A stretch of 16,813 nucleotides of DNA from Elusimicrobiales bacterium (GTDB lineage: Bacteria; Elusimicrobiota; Elusimicrobia; Elusimicrobiales; UBA9959). Shown piece after piece: positions 1 to 8,420 of this stretch; position 1 is the first letter of the stretch, and each line of letters opens with the position of its first letter. The notes beneath the pieces were generated by a model that was not told where the DNA came from, did not search any database, and saw only the letters and a list, made by a program, of their open reading frames with translations. The translations under genes were made by a program, and so were the position numbers. Location of the stretch: positions 1 to 16,813 of the forward strand of contig JBMFKQ010000033.1 in NCBI GenBank assembly GCA_049972095.1, read 5' to 3'.

Positions 1-105
1 CATCACTTTTTATTACTCTTTCTTGTATATTATACACAAATTTTCCCAAAAAATCATGAAAAAATGATGAAAAAAACTAAAAAACTTCAGTCTAAAAAAT
101 TAGAT

Positions 106-153
106 TTCAAAATCCAAAAATTTATTTTTACTTCCCACCTCTCACATTTTAGC
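106..153 (+). repeat. Degenerate heptamer array, copy 1
   Basis: ttcaaaa tccaaaa (106-119), then ttttact tcccacc tctcaca ttttagc (126-153). Confidence 0.5.
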
Positions 154-155
154 TA

Positions 156-1769
156 TTACCTGCCACCTACATAAAGATCATTTCCCTTGTCATCTACTAT
201 TATAAAAGCAGGAAAATCACTAACCTCTATCATCCAAACCGCCTCCATACCAAGATCAGCAAAATCAACAACATCAACCTTTTTTATACACTTCTCAGCT
301 AAATATGCTGCTGGGCCACCAGGTGAGCCTAAATAAAAGCCACCATATTTCTTACAGGAGTCAGTTACAGCCTGGCTTCTATTTCCTTTTGCAATCATTA
401 TCAGCGAAGCCCCCTTTGACTGAAGAAGCTCGACATATGAATCCATCCTTCCTGCAGTGGTTGGTCCCATTGAACCTGATGGTTTATTATAAGGTTTTTT
501 TGCAGGCCCTGCATAGTAAATTGGATACTTTAAAAGATAATCTGGAAGTTTTTTCCCTGCATCAATCATCTCCTTAAACCTTTTATGAGCAAGATCCCTT
601 GCAACAACAATCCTTCCATTTAAAAGAAGCCTTGTTCCAACAGGATACTTTGAAAGCTCCTTAAGTATATCACTCATTGGCTTATTGAGGTCAATTATAA
701 CACCATTTCTACTGCCATATTTTTGGCGCCATTCATCCTTCATAAATCTCTCAGGCTCCATACAAAGCTCTTCAAGCCACACCCCTTTTTCATCTATCTT
801 ACCAATAGCCTGTCTGTGAGCCATACAAGAAACTCCAACTCCAATGGGACAGCTTGCACCGTGTCTTGGAAGCCTTATAACCCTAACATCAAGAGCAAAA
901 TACTTCCCACCAAACTGCGCACCCAAGCCAAGTTTATATGCCTCATCAAGAAGATATTCTTCCATATCTAAATCTCTAAAACCATAAGATTCATCATCTG
1001 GTTTTGTAGGAAGTCCATCAAGATATCCAGTTGATGCAAGTTTTACTGTTTTTAAAACATAATCAGCACTCGTCCCACCTATTACAAAAACTAAATGATA
1101 TGGTGGACAAGCCGCCGTTCCAATTATCCTCATCTTTTCAACAAGAAAAGATTTCAGTTTTTGTGGCGTTAGAATGGCTGCAGTTTCTTGATAAAGAAAT
1201 GTCTTGTTTGCAGATCCCCCACCCTTTGCTATAAACAAAAACTCATATTCATCTCCTTGAGTTGAGTATATCTCAATCTGAGCTGGAAGATTTGTGCCAC
1301 TGTTTTTTTCATCATACATATTTAGTGGAATGGTTTGAGAATACCTTAAGTTTTCTTTTTGAAATGCCTCAAATATCCCCTTTGAAATGTATCTTTCATC
1401 ATCCACACCAGTAAAAACCATATCTCCCTTTTTGGCTATAACTGTAGCTGTGCCTGTATCCTGACAGAGTGGAAGTTCAAAATTCCTTGATATAATAGCA
1501 TTCTCTAAAAAAAGATATGCTATGTATTTGTCATTATCAGATGCCTGTGGATCTTCAAGTATAGATGCTATTTGCTTTAGATGTCTTTCACGGTATAAAA
1601 ACTCTATGTCTCTAAATGCAGTTTCTGCTAAGATTTCAAGTGCCTTTGGCTCAACCTTAACAAACCTCCTACCTCCAACATTAAATTTTTCTACATACCT
1701 ATCAGTTATCAATCTATATTTAGCCTTTGGCTTTGGAAAATCAATTATCCTTTTAAATCTAAACTTCAT
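156..1769 (-). CDS. fumA: Class I (Fe-S) fumarate hydratase, single-chain FumA/FumB type
   Basis: 537 aa; motifs [57 protein letters not shown] upstream (~1774-1779). Confidence 0.93.
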   Translation of the reverse strand: MKFRFKRIIDFPKPKAKYRLITDRYVEKFNVGGRRFVKVEPKALEILAETAFRDIEFLYRERHLKQIASILEDPQASDNDKYIAYLFLENAIISRNFELPLCQDTGTATVIAKKGDMVFTGVDDERYISKGIFEAFQKENLRYSQTIPLNMYDEKNSGTNLPAQIEIYSTQGDEYEFLFIAKGGGSANKTFLYQETAAILTPQKLKSFLVEKMRIIGTAACPPYHLVFVIGGTSADYVLKTVKLASTGYLDGLPTKPDDESYGFRDLDMEEYLLDEAYKLGLGAQFGGKYFALDVRVIRLPRHGASCPIGVGVSCMAHRQAIGKIDEKGVWLEELCMEPERFMKDEWRQKYGSRNGVIIDLNKPMSDILKELSKYPVGTRLLLNGRIVVARDLAHKRFKEMIDAGKKLPDYLLKYPIYYAGPAKKPYNKPSGSMGPTTAGRMDSYVELLQSKGASLIMIAKGNRSQAVTDSCKKYGGFYLGSPGGPAAYLAEKCIKKVDVVDFADLGMEAVWMIEVSDFPAFIIVDDKGNDLYVGGR

Positions 1770-1796
1770 AACTCCTCCTAACAGAAACTTATTTTA

Positions 1797-2942
1797 TTAC
1801 TTCCACACGCCAGGCAGATATGTTCCATCAGGGCATCTACCATCTTTTAAGTTGTTTTTTATAACAAAAAAACCTCTCCTTTCAATAGCAATGCTTCCAT
1901 CAGGACAATAAGTATTCTCACCATCAGGATTATAAATATTTCCTGTGTAAACATATCTCAAGCCAATGTCCATTGCTATCTTCCTTGCCTTAACAAGAGT
2001 TTCTTTTGGTGTTGGAGGGGTGTCCATCATCTTGTAATTTGGATAGAATCTTGTAAAATGAAGCGGCACATCTGCACCAAGATTCTCTTTAATCCATAGA
2101 GAAAGCCTTTTTATATCATCATCGCTATCATTAACACCTGGAATTACTAAATTTACTATCTCAAGGTGTCTGCCTGATTTTTTTATAACCTTTATAGTTT
2201 CTAATATAGCTTTAAGATCACCAGATGTATATTTTCTATAAAACTCTTCATTAAATCCTTTTAAATCAACTTTAACAGCATCAATATATCTTAAAAGTTC
2301 TTCAAGCGGCTTTTTATTTATAAACCCACCGGTCACAACTATATTCTTTATCCCTCTTTCCTTTGCAATCTTTGCTATGTCAATCATATACTCATAAAAA
2401 ACAAATGGCTCAGAGTATGTATAAGCTATTGATCTTGAACCAGTTTTCAATGCAAGCTCAACTATCTTTGAAGGCTCTATATATTCATCAGACTCCTCAA
2501 CACCCCTTTGAGATATCTCCCAATTCTGACAATACCTGCATCGCATATTACAACCTGCACATGCAATAGAAAATGATTTTGTACCAGGAAGAAAATGAAA
2601 AAAAGGTTTTTTCTCAATTGGATCTACATTGGCTGCAACGACCTTCCCATAATTCAAGGTATAGAGAACACCACCAATATTCTGTCTCACCCTACAAAAT
2701 CCAACAGCACCATCACTAAGGATACAACCCCTTGGGCACAAACCGCATTTTACTTTTTTGTCATCAAGTTTTTCATAAAACATTGCCTCTTTTAAAAAAA
2801 CTTCCTTTTCTGACTTATCTTTCTCACTCTTTTTATCATTATCCTTTTTAGTGTTAGTATAAACATCATAAACCAATCCCCAACTTATAAACATAATAAG
2901 TGCAAAGCAAACAAATATAGCTGGATATGAAACCTTTTTCAT
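1797..2942 (-). CDS. amrS: AmmeMemoRadiSam system radical SAM enzyme with N-terminal hydrophobic helix
   Basis: CGLCPRGC..GFCRVR N-terminal Cys cluster, DPIEKKPFFHF, CNMRCRYCQNWEISQ (CxxxCxxC), YTYSEP, VDLKGF, HFTRFYP, YVYTGN. Start is ATG 2942 or TTG 2945, after GAGGG. Confidence 0.88.
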   Translation of the reverse strand: MKKVSYPAIFVCFALIMFISWGLVYDVYTNTKKDNDKKSEKDKSEKEVFLKEAMFYEKLDDKKVKCGLCPRGCILSDGAVGFCRVRQNIGGVLYTLNYGKVVAANVDPIEKKPFFHFLPGTKSFSIACAGCNMRCRYCQNWEISQRGVEESDEYIEPSKIVELALKTGSRSIAYTYSEPFVFYEYMIDIAKIAKERGIKNIVVTGGFINKKPLEELLRYIDAVKVDLKGFNEEFYRKYTSGDLKAILETIKVIKKSGRHLEIVNLVIPGVNDSDDDIKRLSLWIKENLGADVPLHFTRFYPNYKMMDTPPTPKETLVKARKIAMDIGLRYVYTGNIYNPDGENTYCPDGSIAIERRGFFVIKNNLKDGRCPDGTYLPGVWK

Positions 2943-2987
2943 CAAACCCTCTAAAGAGATTGCATAATTCTTTTATCTTTATTAGCT

Positions 2988-4427
2988 TTATCTTGAAAAA
3001 ACTCTAACCTTTTTAAATCTCGCAGGGCTTGAAGCATGGCTCATTCTAAATATCTGTGAAGGTTGCCCTTTACCACAATTTGAAACGCCATAGAGCTTCC
3101 AGTATTTCTCATTTGCTATGGCATCACAGCTTGACCAGAATTTTGGGGTTATACCTTGATAAACTGGATTTTTAACCATCCTTGTTATCTTTCCATTCTC
3201 AACTAACCAGCCAATCTCACAACCAAACTGAAAGTTTAACCTTTTTTGATCTATGCTCCAGGATTTATTATTCTCCATTATTATGCCCTTTTTTGTGCTT
3301 CTTATTATATCCTCATACTCCCAATCACCAGGCATAAGGCTTAGATTTGTTATTCTTATTATAGGTATGCTTCTGTAGGAATCAGCCCTGTTTGCACCTA
3401 AACTTCTTTTATGAGCTATAGTATGAGCAAATTCTCTATTTGTCATATAACCTGTCAAAATACCATTTTTAATTATATGCCATCTTTGTGCTCTAACTCC
3501 ATCATCATCATAACCACAGGTTGCAAGCCCACCTGGTAATGTTGTGTCTGCAACAAGATTTACTATATCACTACCATATCTAAATTTGCCAAGCTTATCG
3601 GTTGTCAAGAAACTTGAACCAGCATAAGACTCTTCATAACCTAAAACCCTATCAAGCTCTGATGCATGTCCTGTTGATTCATGAATCTGTAGAGCAAGTT
3701 GATCCCCATATATTATAAGATCCATCGTATCATCAGGGCAGTTATCTGCAGTTAAAAGTGCAACCGCTTCTTCCCTCACCCTTTCAGCATTATCCAAAAG
3801 CTTAAGATCATCAACAAACTCCCATCCCATAGAAAGCATAAAAGCATGCCCTCCAGGATAGGATCTTGTCTGAACCTCATTTCCTTCAACAGCTGTTGCG
3901 GAGTATCCAGCACCTGTGTAGTAAAGGATCTGCTCTATTTCAGAGCCGTCCGTTGAAGCATAATATTTATGAGTCTTAACAAAACTCATCTTTGATGAAG
4001 CTATCTTAATTTTATTATTCTTAAGAAGGATATCGTTGATAGAATAAAGCATGTTTATTTTGTCCTCAAGGCTTATAGAAAATGGATCTTTAAGAAGCGG
4101 TGTTTTCCATACATCATGATATGCAGGCTCAGGAGCAAGTTTAACCTTTGAATTTCTTACAAGCGATGAAGCCTTTGCTATCTCAATAGCATTTTTTACA
4201 ACACTCTCAACCTCTTTCATTGAAAGATCATTGCTTGATGCAAAACCCCAGCCTCCATTATAAAGAACCCTTACACCAAAGCCAAGTGTAATATCATCTT
4301 GAAGTGTTACTACCTCTCTGTTTCTAACACCTATGTTTTGATTTCTCTCCTCTATTATTCTTATATCACCAAAACTAACATTCCTTGTTTTCATTATCTC
4401 AACTGCCCTTCTTAAAAATCCCTTCAT
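2988..4427 (-). CDS. tldD: TldD/PmbA family metalloprotease, catalytic TldD subunit
   Basis: GFGVRVL..GGWGFAS, HESTGH (HExxGH zinc motif), YDDDGV, RITNL, C-terminal CGKGQP. Confidence 0.9.
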   Translation of the reverse strand: MKGFLRRAVEIMKTRNVSFGDIRIIEERNQNIGVRNREVVTLQDDITLGFGVRVLYNGGWGFASSNDLSMKEVESVVKNAIEIAKASSLVRNSKVKLAPEPAYHDVWKTPLLKDPFSISLEDKINMLYSINDILLKNNKIKIASSKMSFVKTHKYYASTDGSEIEQILYYTGAGYSATAVEGNEVQTRSYPGGHAFMLSMGWEFVDDLKLLDNAERVREEAVALLTADNCPDDTMDLIIYGDQLALQIHESTGHASELDRVLGYEESYAGSSFLTTDKLGKFRYGSDIVNLVADTTLPGGLATCGYDDDGVRAQRWHIIKNGILTGYMTNREFAHTIAHKRSLGANRADSYRSIPIIRITNLSLMPGDWEYEDIIRSTKKGIIMENNKSWSIDQKRLNFQFGCEIGWLVENGKITRMVKNPVYQGITPKFWSSCDAIANEKYWKLYGVSNCGKGQPSQIFRMSHASSPARFKKVRVFSR

Positions 4428-4436
4428 TTTTCCCCC

Positions 4437-5756
4437 TTAAAACTCAGTTGAAGAAGAGAAGTTAAAATCAGAGATCTTCAAGGCTGGAGTATATACACCA
4501 CCATACCAGAACTCATAAGCCTCCCTTTCAAGTGAAATATCTTCAATGTTATTCATAGCCTCAACAATGCTCTGTGTAAATCTCATATTTTTAACAGCAC
4601 CTACAATCTTTCCATCCTTAACAAGAAATGTTCCATTTCTTGTCATACCTGTTAGCTCAAGTGTTTTTGGTTTAAGAGGATTAACATAGTGCAACTCGCT
4701 TACAATTATTCCATAATCAGTTTCTTTTATTATTTCATCAAAACTCTTTTTCCCTCCTTCAACCACAATAGCCACAGGGATAGCGCCAAAAGCGTTTGGT
4801 TCAAAAAGAGAATGCCCTGTATATTCAAAACCAGTAAGATGAGATGTCTTTTTGTCTGTCACAAGATTTTTTGCAACACCATTTTCTACAAGAACAACCC
4901 TTTTCCTTGGATATCCCTCAAAATCAAAAGGCATAACAGAAAGGGGAAAATCAAGAGGGTCTTCTGTTATGGTTAGCATATCACTGAAAATTTTCTTTCC
5001 AATATTCTGTGAAAGGAAACTTCTGTTTTCATAATACGCAAGGGCATTAAAACCAAGGTAACCCATAAACCCAAAAAGCTCAACACATGCCATAGGTTCA
5101 AGTATAACGGTGTATCTATCGGGTTTTATATCCAGAGTTTTTGATGACATATCAGATTTTTTAATAGCCCTTTCATTTATTCTTTCATAATCTATATCAT
5201 CCTTCCATGAATACGCAGTAGCCTTTCCATAGCTCTTATTTTTGTTGACAGTAATTTCATAAGATACAGATGTTGAGATATTCTTCTGACAAAGTCCGTT
5301 ACTATCAGCAATAACAGTCTGACAAACAGTATCACTTATTATACCGTATGAAAGCCTTAGGGTTTTTTTACAAAACCTCATCATATTTTTTATTCTCTTT
5401 GCTCTATCTACGGGAGTTATCTGAGTAGCCCTTTTATCAAAATACCTTGTTGAGTTTATTCTAACATTGGATTGTGTTGGATATGGGACGAATTCAAGAG
5501 ATCTTGAATATTTTAGCTTTTCTTTAGCCTTCTCAATGGAGTTTTTTATACTTTCATTATCAAACTTTGAAATAATAAATCTAACAGCCTTTTTATCATC
5601 AACCACTCTTACATCCATATACTCATCTTTTCTTGAAACATTCTGTGATATTTCATTATCTCCAAATCTTGTGAGATTTTCTATTGAACTAACAGCAACT
5701 ATGTGAGTATAATATCCATCAAGCATTTTAATAACCTTTTCAAGAGGCATATTCAT
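4437..5756 (-). CDS. tldE: TldD/PmbA family protein, non-catalytic TldE/PmbA-like subunit
   Basis: TRFGDNEISQN, YTVILEP, PFDFEG, LVENGV, TGH, TGMTRNG, NMRF; no HExxH motif; lies 9 bp upstream of tldD. Confidence 0.85.
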   Translation of the reverse strand: MNMPLEKVIKMLDGYYTHIVAVSSIENLTRFGDNEISQNVSRKDEYMDVRVVDDKKAVRFIISKFDNESIKNSIEKAKEKLKYSRSLEFVPYPTQSNVRINSTRYFDKRATQITPVDRAKRIKNMMRFCKKTLRLSYGIISDTVCQTVIADSNGLCQKNISTSVSYEITVNKNKSYGKATAYSWKDDIDYERINERAIKKSDMSSKTLDIKPDRYTVILEPMACVELFGFMGYLGFNALAYYENRSFLSQNIGKKIFSDMLTITEDPLDFPLSVMPFDFEGYPRKRVVLVENGVAKNLVTDKKTSHLTGFEYTGHSLFEPNAFGAIPVAIVVEGGKKSFDEIIKETDYGIIVSELHYVNPLKPKTLELTGMTRNGTFLVKDGKIVGAVKNMRFTQSIVEAMNNIEDISLEREAYEFWYGGVYTPALKISDFNFSSSTEF

Positions 5757-5770
5757 ACAAACCCCCTTTT

Positions 5771-6490
5771 TTAAACACCACTGTTTTGGGGTGGTTGATT
5801 TTCCTGATGAGTCTCGGGATTTTGAGTCTCTTTATGTTTTTTACGAGCTTTTGATTCTGATGAGGATGATTTTATAGTGAAATCAGGACTTTCAACCCAT
5901 TTTTTTAAAGAATCGTCATCCTTTATAATGAAGCGCGGTTCTAATTCAAAAACAACAAATTTATTCCTTCTTATTCTCTCAACAGTTTCATCAAATGACA
6001 AATCACTTACAACAGAGTTTACACTGAGAACAGTATATGTATGAGGGCTAACCCCTGCCATATAAAGCCCACCATTTGCAGCATGGCCAAGCACCACCTG
6101 TTTTTCACCTATATTTGAAAAGGCATTAATAACATCATTTTTATCAACAAAGGGGCAGAGTGAGTTAACCCACACTGCCTTATCAGCCCCGGTCTTGAAA
6201 GCATACTCAATTGACTTTATAAGAGCATTACCATAAGATAAATTTGAAACATCAAGATACCCCGGCTCATAGGGATCAAGCCATCTAAGATCAGGGAACT
6301 TTTTTGTAAAAAAGTATGATATCATCATCATATAATCAGAATCTGACTTTATGTTAGAGTATGTTTTTATTGTTACATCCCTTGTTATATTAACTGCCCT
6401 TTCAATGCCAAAGCTTTTTTTTATCTCATAATCAACAGTTTCCATAGCAGGTGACATAACTATAAAGATAAGAGCATTTTTTCTGTTCAT
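5771..6490 (-). CDS. Divergent DUF2064 / TIGR04282-like (CofC-like nucleotidyl/glycosyltransferase fold) protein
   Basis: Pattern ALIFIV..P, YGNALIKSIEYAF, AVWVNSLCP, VVLGHAANGGLYMAG follows DUF2064 order (G.R...AF, G.D.P, VLGPA.DGGYYLIG). Start is ATG 6490 or TTG 6499. Confidence 0.65.
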   Translation of the reverse strand: MNRKNALIFIVMSPAMETVDYEIKKSFGIERAVNITRDVTIKTYSNIKSDSDYMMMISYFFTKKFPDLRWLDPYEPGYLDVSNLSYGNALIKSIEYAFKTGADKAVWVNSLCPFVDKNDVINAFSNIGEKQVVLGHAANGGLYMAGVSPHTYTVLSVNSVVSDLSFDETVERIRRNKFVVFELEPRFIIKDDDSLKKWVESPDFTIKSSSSESKARKKHKETQNPETHQENQPPQNSGV

Positions 6491-6520
6491 AATATTCAAG
6501 ATAAATTATACAATTTTATT
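6486..6520. promoter_or_regulatory. Putative bidirectional sigma70-type promoter
   Basis: + strand TTCATA (6486-6491), 17 bp spacer, TACAAT (6509-6514); - strand TATAAT (6510-6505). No SD sequence for either divergent gene. Confidence 0.55.
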
Positions 6521-7621
6521 ATGCATTACAGAAAGGTACTTGTGTTTGGCGGAAGTTTTGATCCACCCCATCCAATTCATATCAGGATGCTCAAAAAAGC
6601 AATAGAACTTGTTAAACCAAACAAAATAATAGTTGTTCCAACATATATATCGCCTTTTAAAAAAAATCATCTTTTCAGCTACACTGATAGAAAATCCATG
6701 CTTAGAAATCTATTAAAAAAAATGCGCCTTAATTTTACAATATCAGACTTTGAATATAAGAGAAAGAGAAAAACATATACATGGATGCTTATAAATCACC
6801 TTAAGAGAAAATATCCAAATTGCAATATATACTTCCTAATAGGATCAGATAATATAGAAAAGATAAATGAATGGAAAAGAAGTGATTATTTAATTAAAAA
6901 CCTAACATTTGTTGTTGCAGAAAGAGATGGATATCCTCTTAAAAAAAGTGCTTATCAAAAACTTAAAATTCTTAAAATTAAAGAAAGATTCACAAATCTA
7001 TCATCAACACAGATAAGAGATGAGATTTTTTTAGGCAATCTAAAAAATTTAGCTCCACAAACAAAAGCATACATTGAAAAAAAACTTAGAATAAAAAAAC
7101 TTTTAAACACTGTAAAAAAACTGATGACTCCATCAAGATGGAACCATACAATGCAAACAATCAAGCTATCAACAAAACTTGCATGGATTTATGGTGCCGA
7201 TACAAAAAAAGCCTTTCTTGCAGCCCTTTTTCATGATTGTGCAAAAGACCTTGATATCGAAACTCAGATAAAACTTGCCATAAAAAGCAAAATGAAAATA
7301 AAAAGATTTGATGATATAATAAAACATGCCCCCCAGATAATTCACCAATGGGCTTCTGTGGCAATAGTTAGAGATAAGTTCAAAATCCATGATAAGGATA
7401 TCCTTTCAAGCATATCAAAACATGCAACCGGCAGTAGAAAGATGTCCCTTCTTGATATGATAGTTTATGTAAGCGACATAGCCTCACCAGATAGAGACTT
7501 CAAAGAAGCTTCAGAAATAAGAAAAGAGGCATTTAAAAACATAAAAAAAGCATTTGAAAAAGCAAAGAAGATAAAGTTAAAATATGTAAAGAAGAAAAAA
7601 GGATTTATTTATGAGAATTAG
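6521..7621 (+). CDS. nadD: Nicotinate-nucleotide adenylyltransferase NadD fused to a YqeK-like HD-domain Ap4A hydrolase
   Basis: FGGSFDPPH, SPFK, FLIGSD, SSTQIR in the N-half; RWNH, FHDCAK, HQW, HATG, SD..SPDR (YqeK HD pattern) in the C-half. Confidence 0.9.
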   Translation: MHYRKVLVFGGSFDPPHPIHIRMLKKAIELVKPNKIIVVPTYISPFKKNHLFSYTDRKSMLRNLLKKMRLNFTISDFEYKRKRKTYTWMLINHLKRKYPNCNIYFLIGSDNIEKINEWKRSDYLIKNLTFVVAERDGYPLKKSAYQKLKILKIKERFTNLSSTQIRDEIFLGNLKNLAPQTKAYIEKKLRIKKLLNTVKKLMTPSRWNHTMQTIKLSTKLAWIYGADTKKAFLAALFHDCAKDLDIETQIKLAIKSKMKIKRFDDIIKHAPQIIHQWASVAIVRDKFKIHDKDILSSISKHATGSRKMSLLDMIVYVSDIASPDRDFKEASEIRKEAFKNIKKAFEKAKKIKLKYVKKKKGFIYEN

Positions 7622-8420
7622 TCTTAAAACATTATTTTATCTTTTCGTGATTATTATTGTACTATCATCACTAATAACATTAAATATGCCGCTTACTTCA
7701 AGAATTATAAAGGACAATAATATTTATATAACATTCTTTACACCACGCCCACTACTTCTTGAAATCCAAACACAGCCGAGAAATATAATTATAAAAGAAA
7801 TAAACTCAGATATCCCAGAAAAGGGGAGCAAGATATCTTATGCATCAGAAATGCTTGAAAAAGCTGCTGTAAAAGAAGATCCAAGCGAAGTTTTTTATTT
7901 TGAGATGAACAGAGATGTTTTTGAAAAAATGATAGAGGCTATCAAAAACTGGAAAATCAATCCTAAAAACCTCTTCAGATATTTCTCAATCATCTTAAAC
8001 TCACATTCAAATCTAAGCCTTTATGACAGAATAAATCTTGCTATTGAGCTTATGAAAACAAATAAAGATAATATACTTTATGTTAAAATGTCTTTTTCAA
8101 ACCAGTCTTGTGATGATTCCAAATCATTAAAATCACCAATTGCTCTTCTTTTATTTCACCCATCAAAAATGAAGATCTCATCATCAATTATAAATACACT
8201 GCGCTTAGCTGGAATAGACATCATTGATTACAAAAAAGCAAAGACAAAAGAGGGAAACACATATATTGTAATAAAATCTGAACAGAGCCTTGAACTTGCC
8301 AGAAAAACAATAAAGATACTTAATCAAAAATCAGATATATCAATAACAATAAACCCAAAAATCATATATGATATGGAAATATACATAGGAAGTGATTTTA
8401 TGGAGGCAAAATGGAGGTGA
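7611..8420 (+). CDS. Membrane-anchored protein with LytR_C-like C-terminal domain (degenerate LCP family)
   Basis: N-terminal TM helix; SNLSLYDRINLA resembles the LCP TNLS motif; C-terminal L..AGIDII...T.I...A......DMEIYIGSDF; sits between yqeK and rsfS as LCP genes often do. Confidence 0.55.
   Translation: MRISLKTLFYLFVIIIVLSSLITLNMPLTSRIIKDNNIYITFFTPRPLLLEIQTQPRNIIIKEINSDIPEKGSKISYASEMLEKAAVKEDPSEVFYFEMNRDVFEKMIEAIKNWKINPKNLFRYFSIILNSHSNLSLYDRINLAIELMKTNKDNILYVKMSFSNQSCDDSKSLKSPIALLLFHPSKMKISSSIINTLRLAGIDIIDYKKAKTKEGNTYIVIKSEQSLELARKTIKILNQKSDISITINPKIIYDMEIYIGSDFMEAKWR

Noticed and set aside
1..36. Minus-strand TATAAT (34-29) within a TGTATA-T-TATACA palindrome, and ATG at 3-1
   Set aside because: Plausible promoter and start for a gene beyond the left edge, but it cannot be verified from this window
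305..5706. Short + strand ORFs (305-577, 723-971, 1031-1234, 1522-1911, 2363-2569, 2595-2795, 4689-4976, 4852-5034, 5467-5706), considered as RiPP precursors
   Set aside because: All are antisense shadows of well-supported genes, with no recognisable motifs or precursor-like composition
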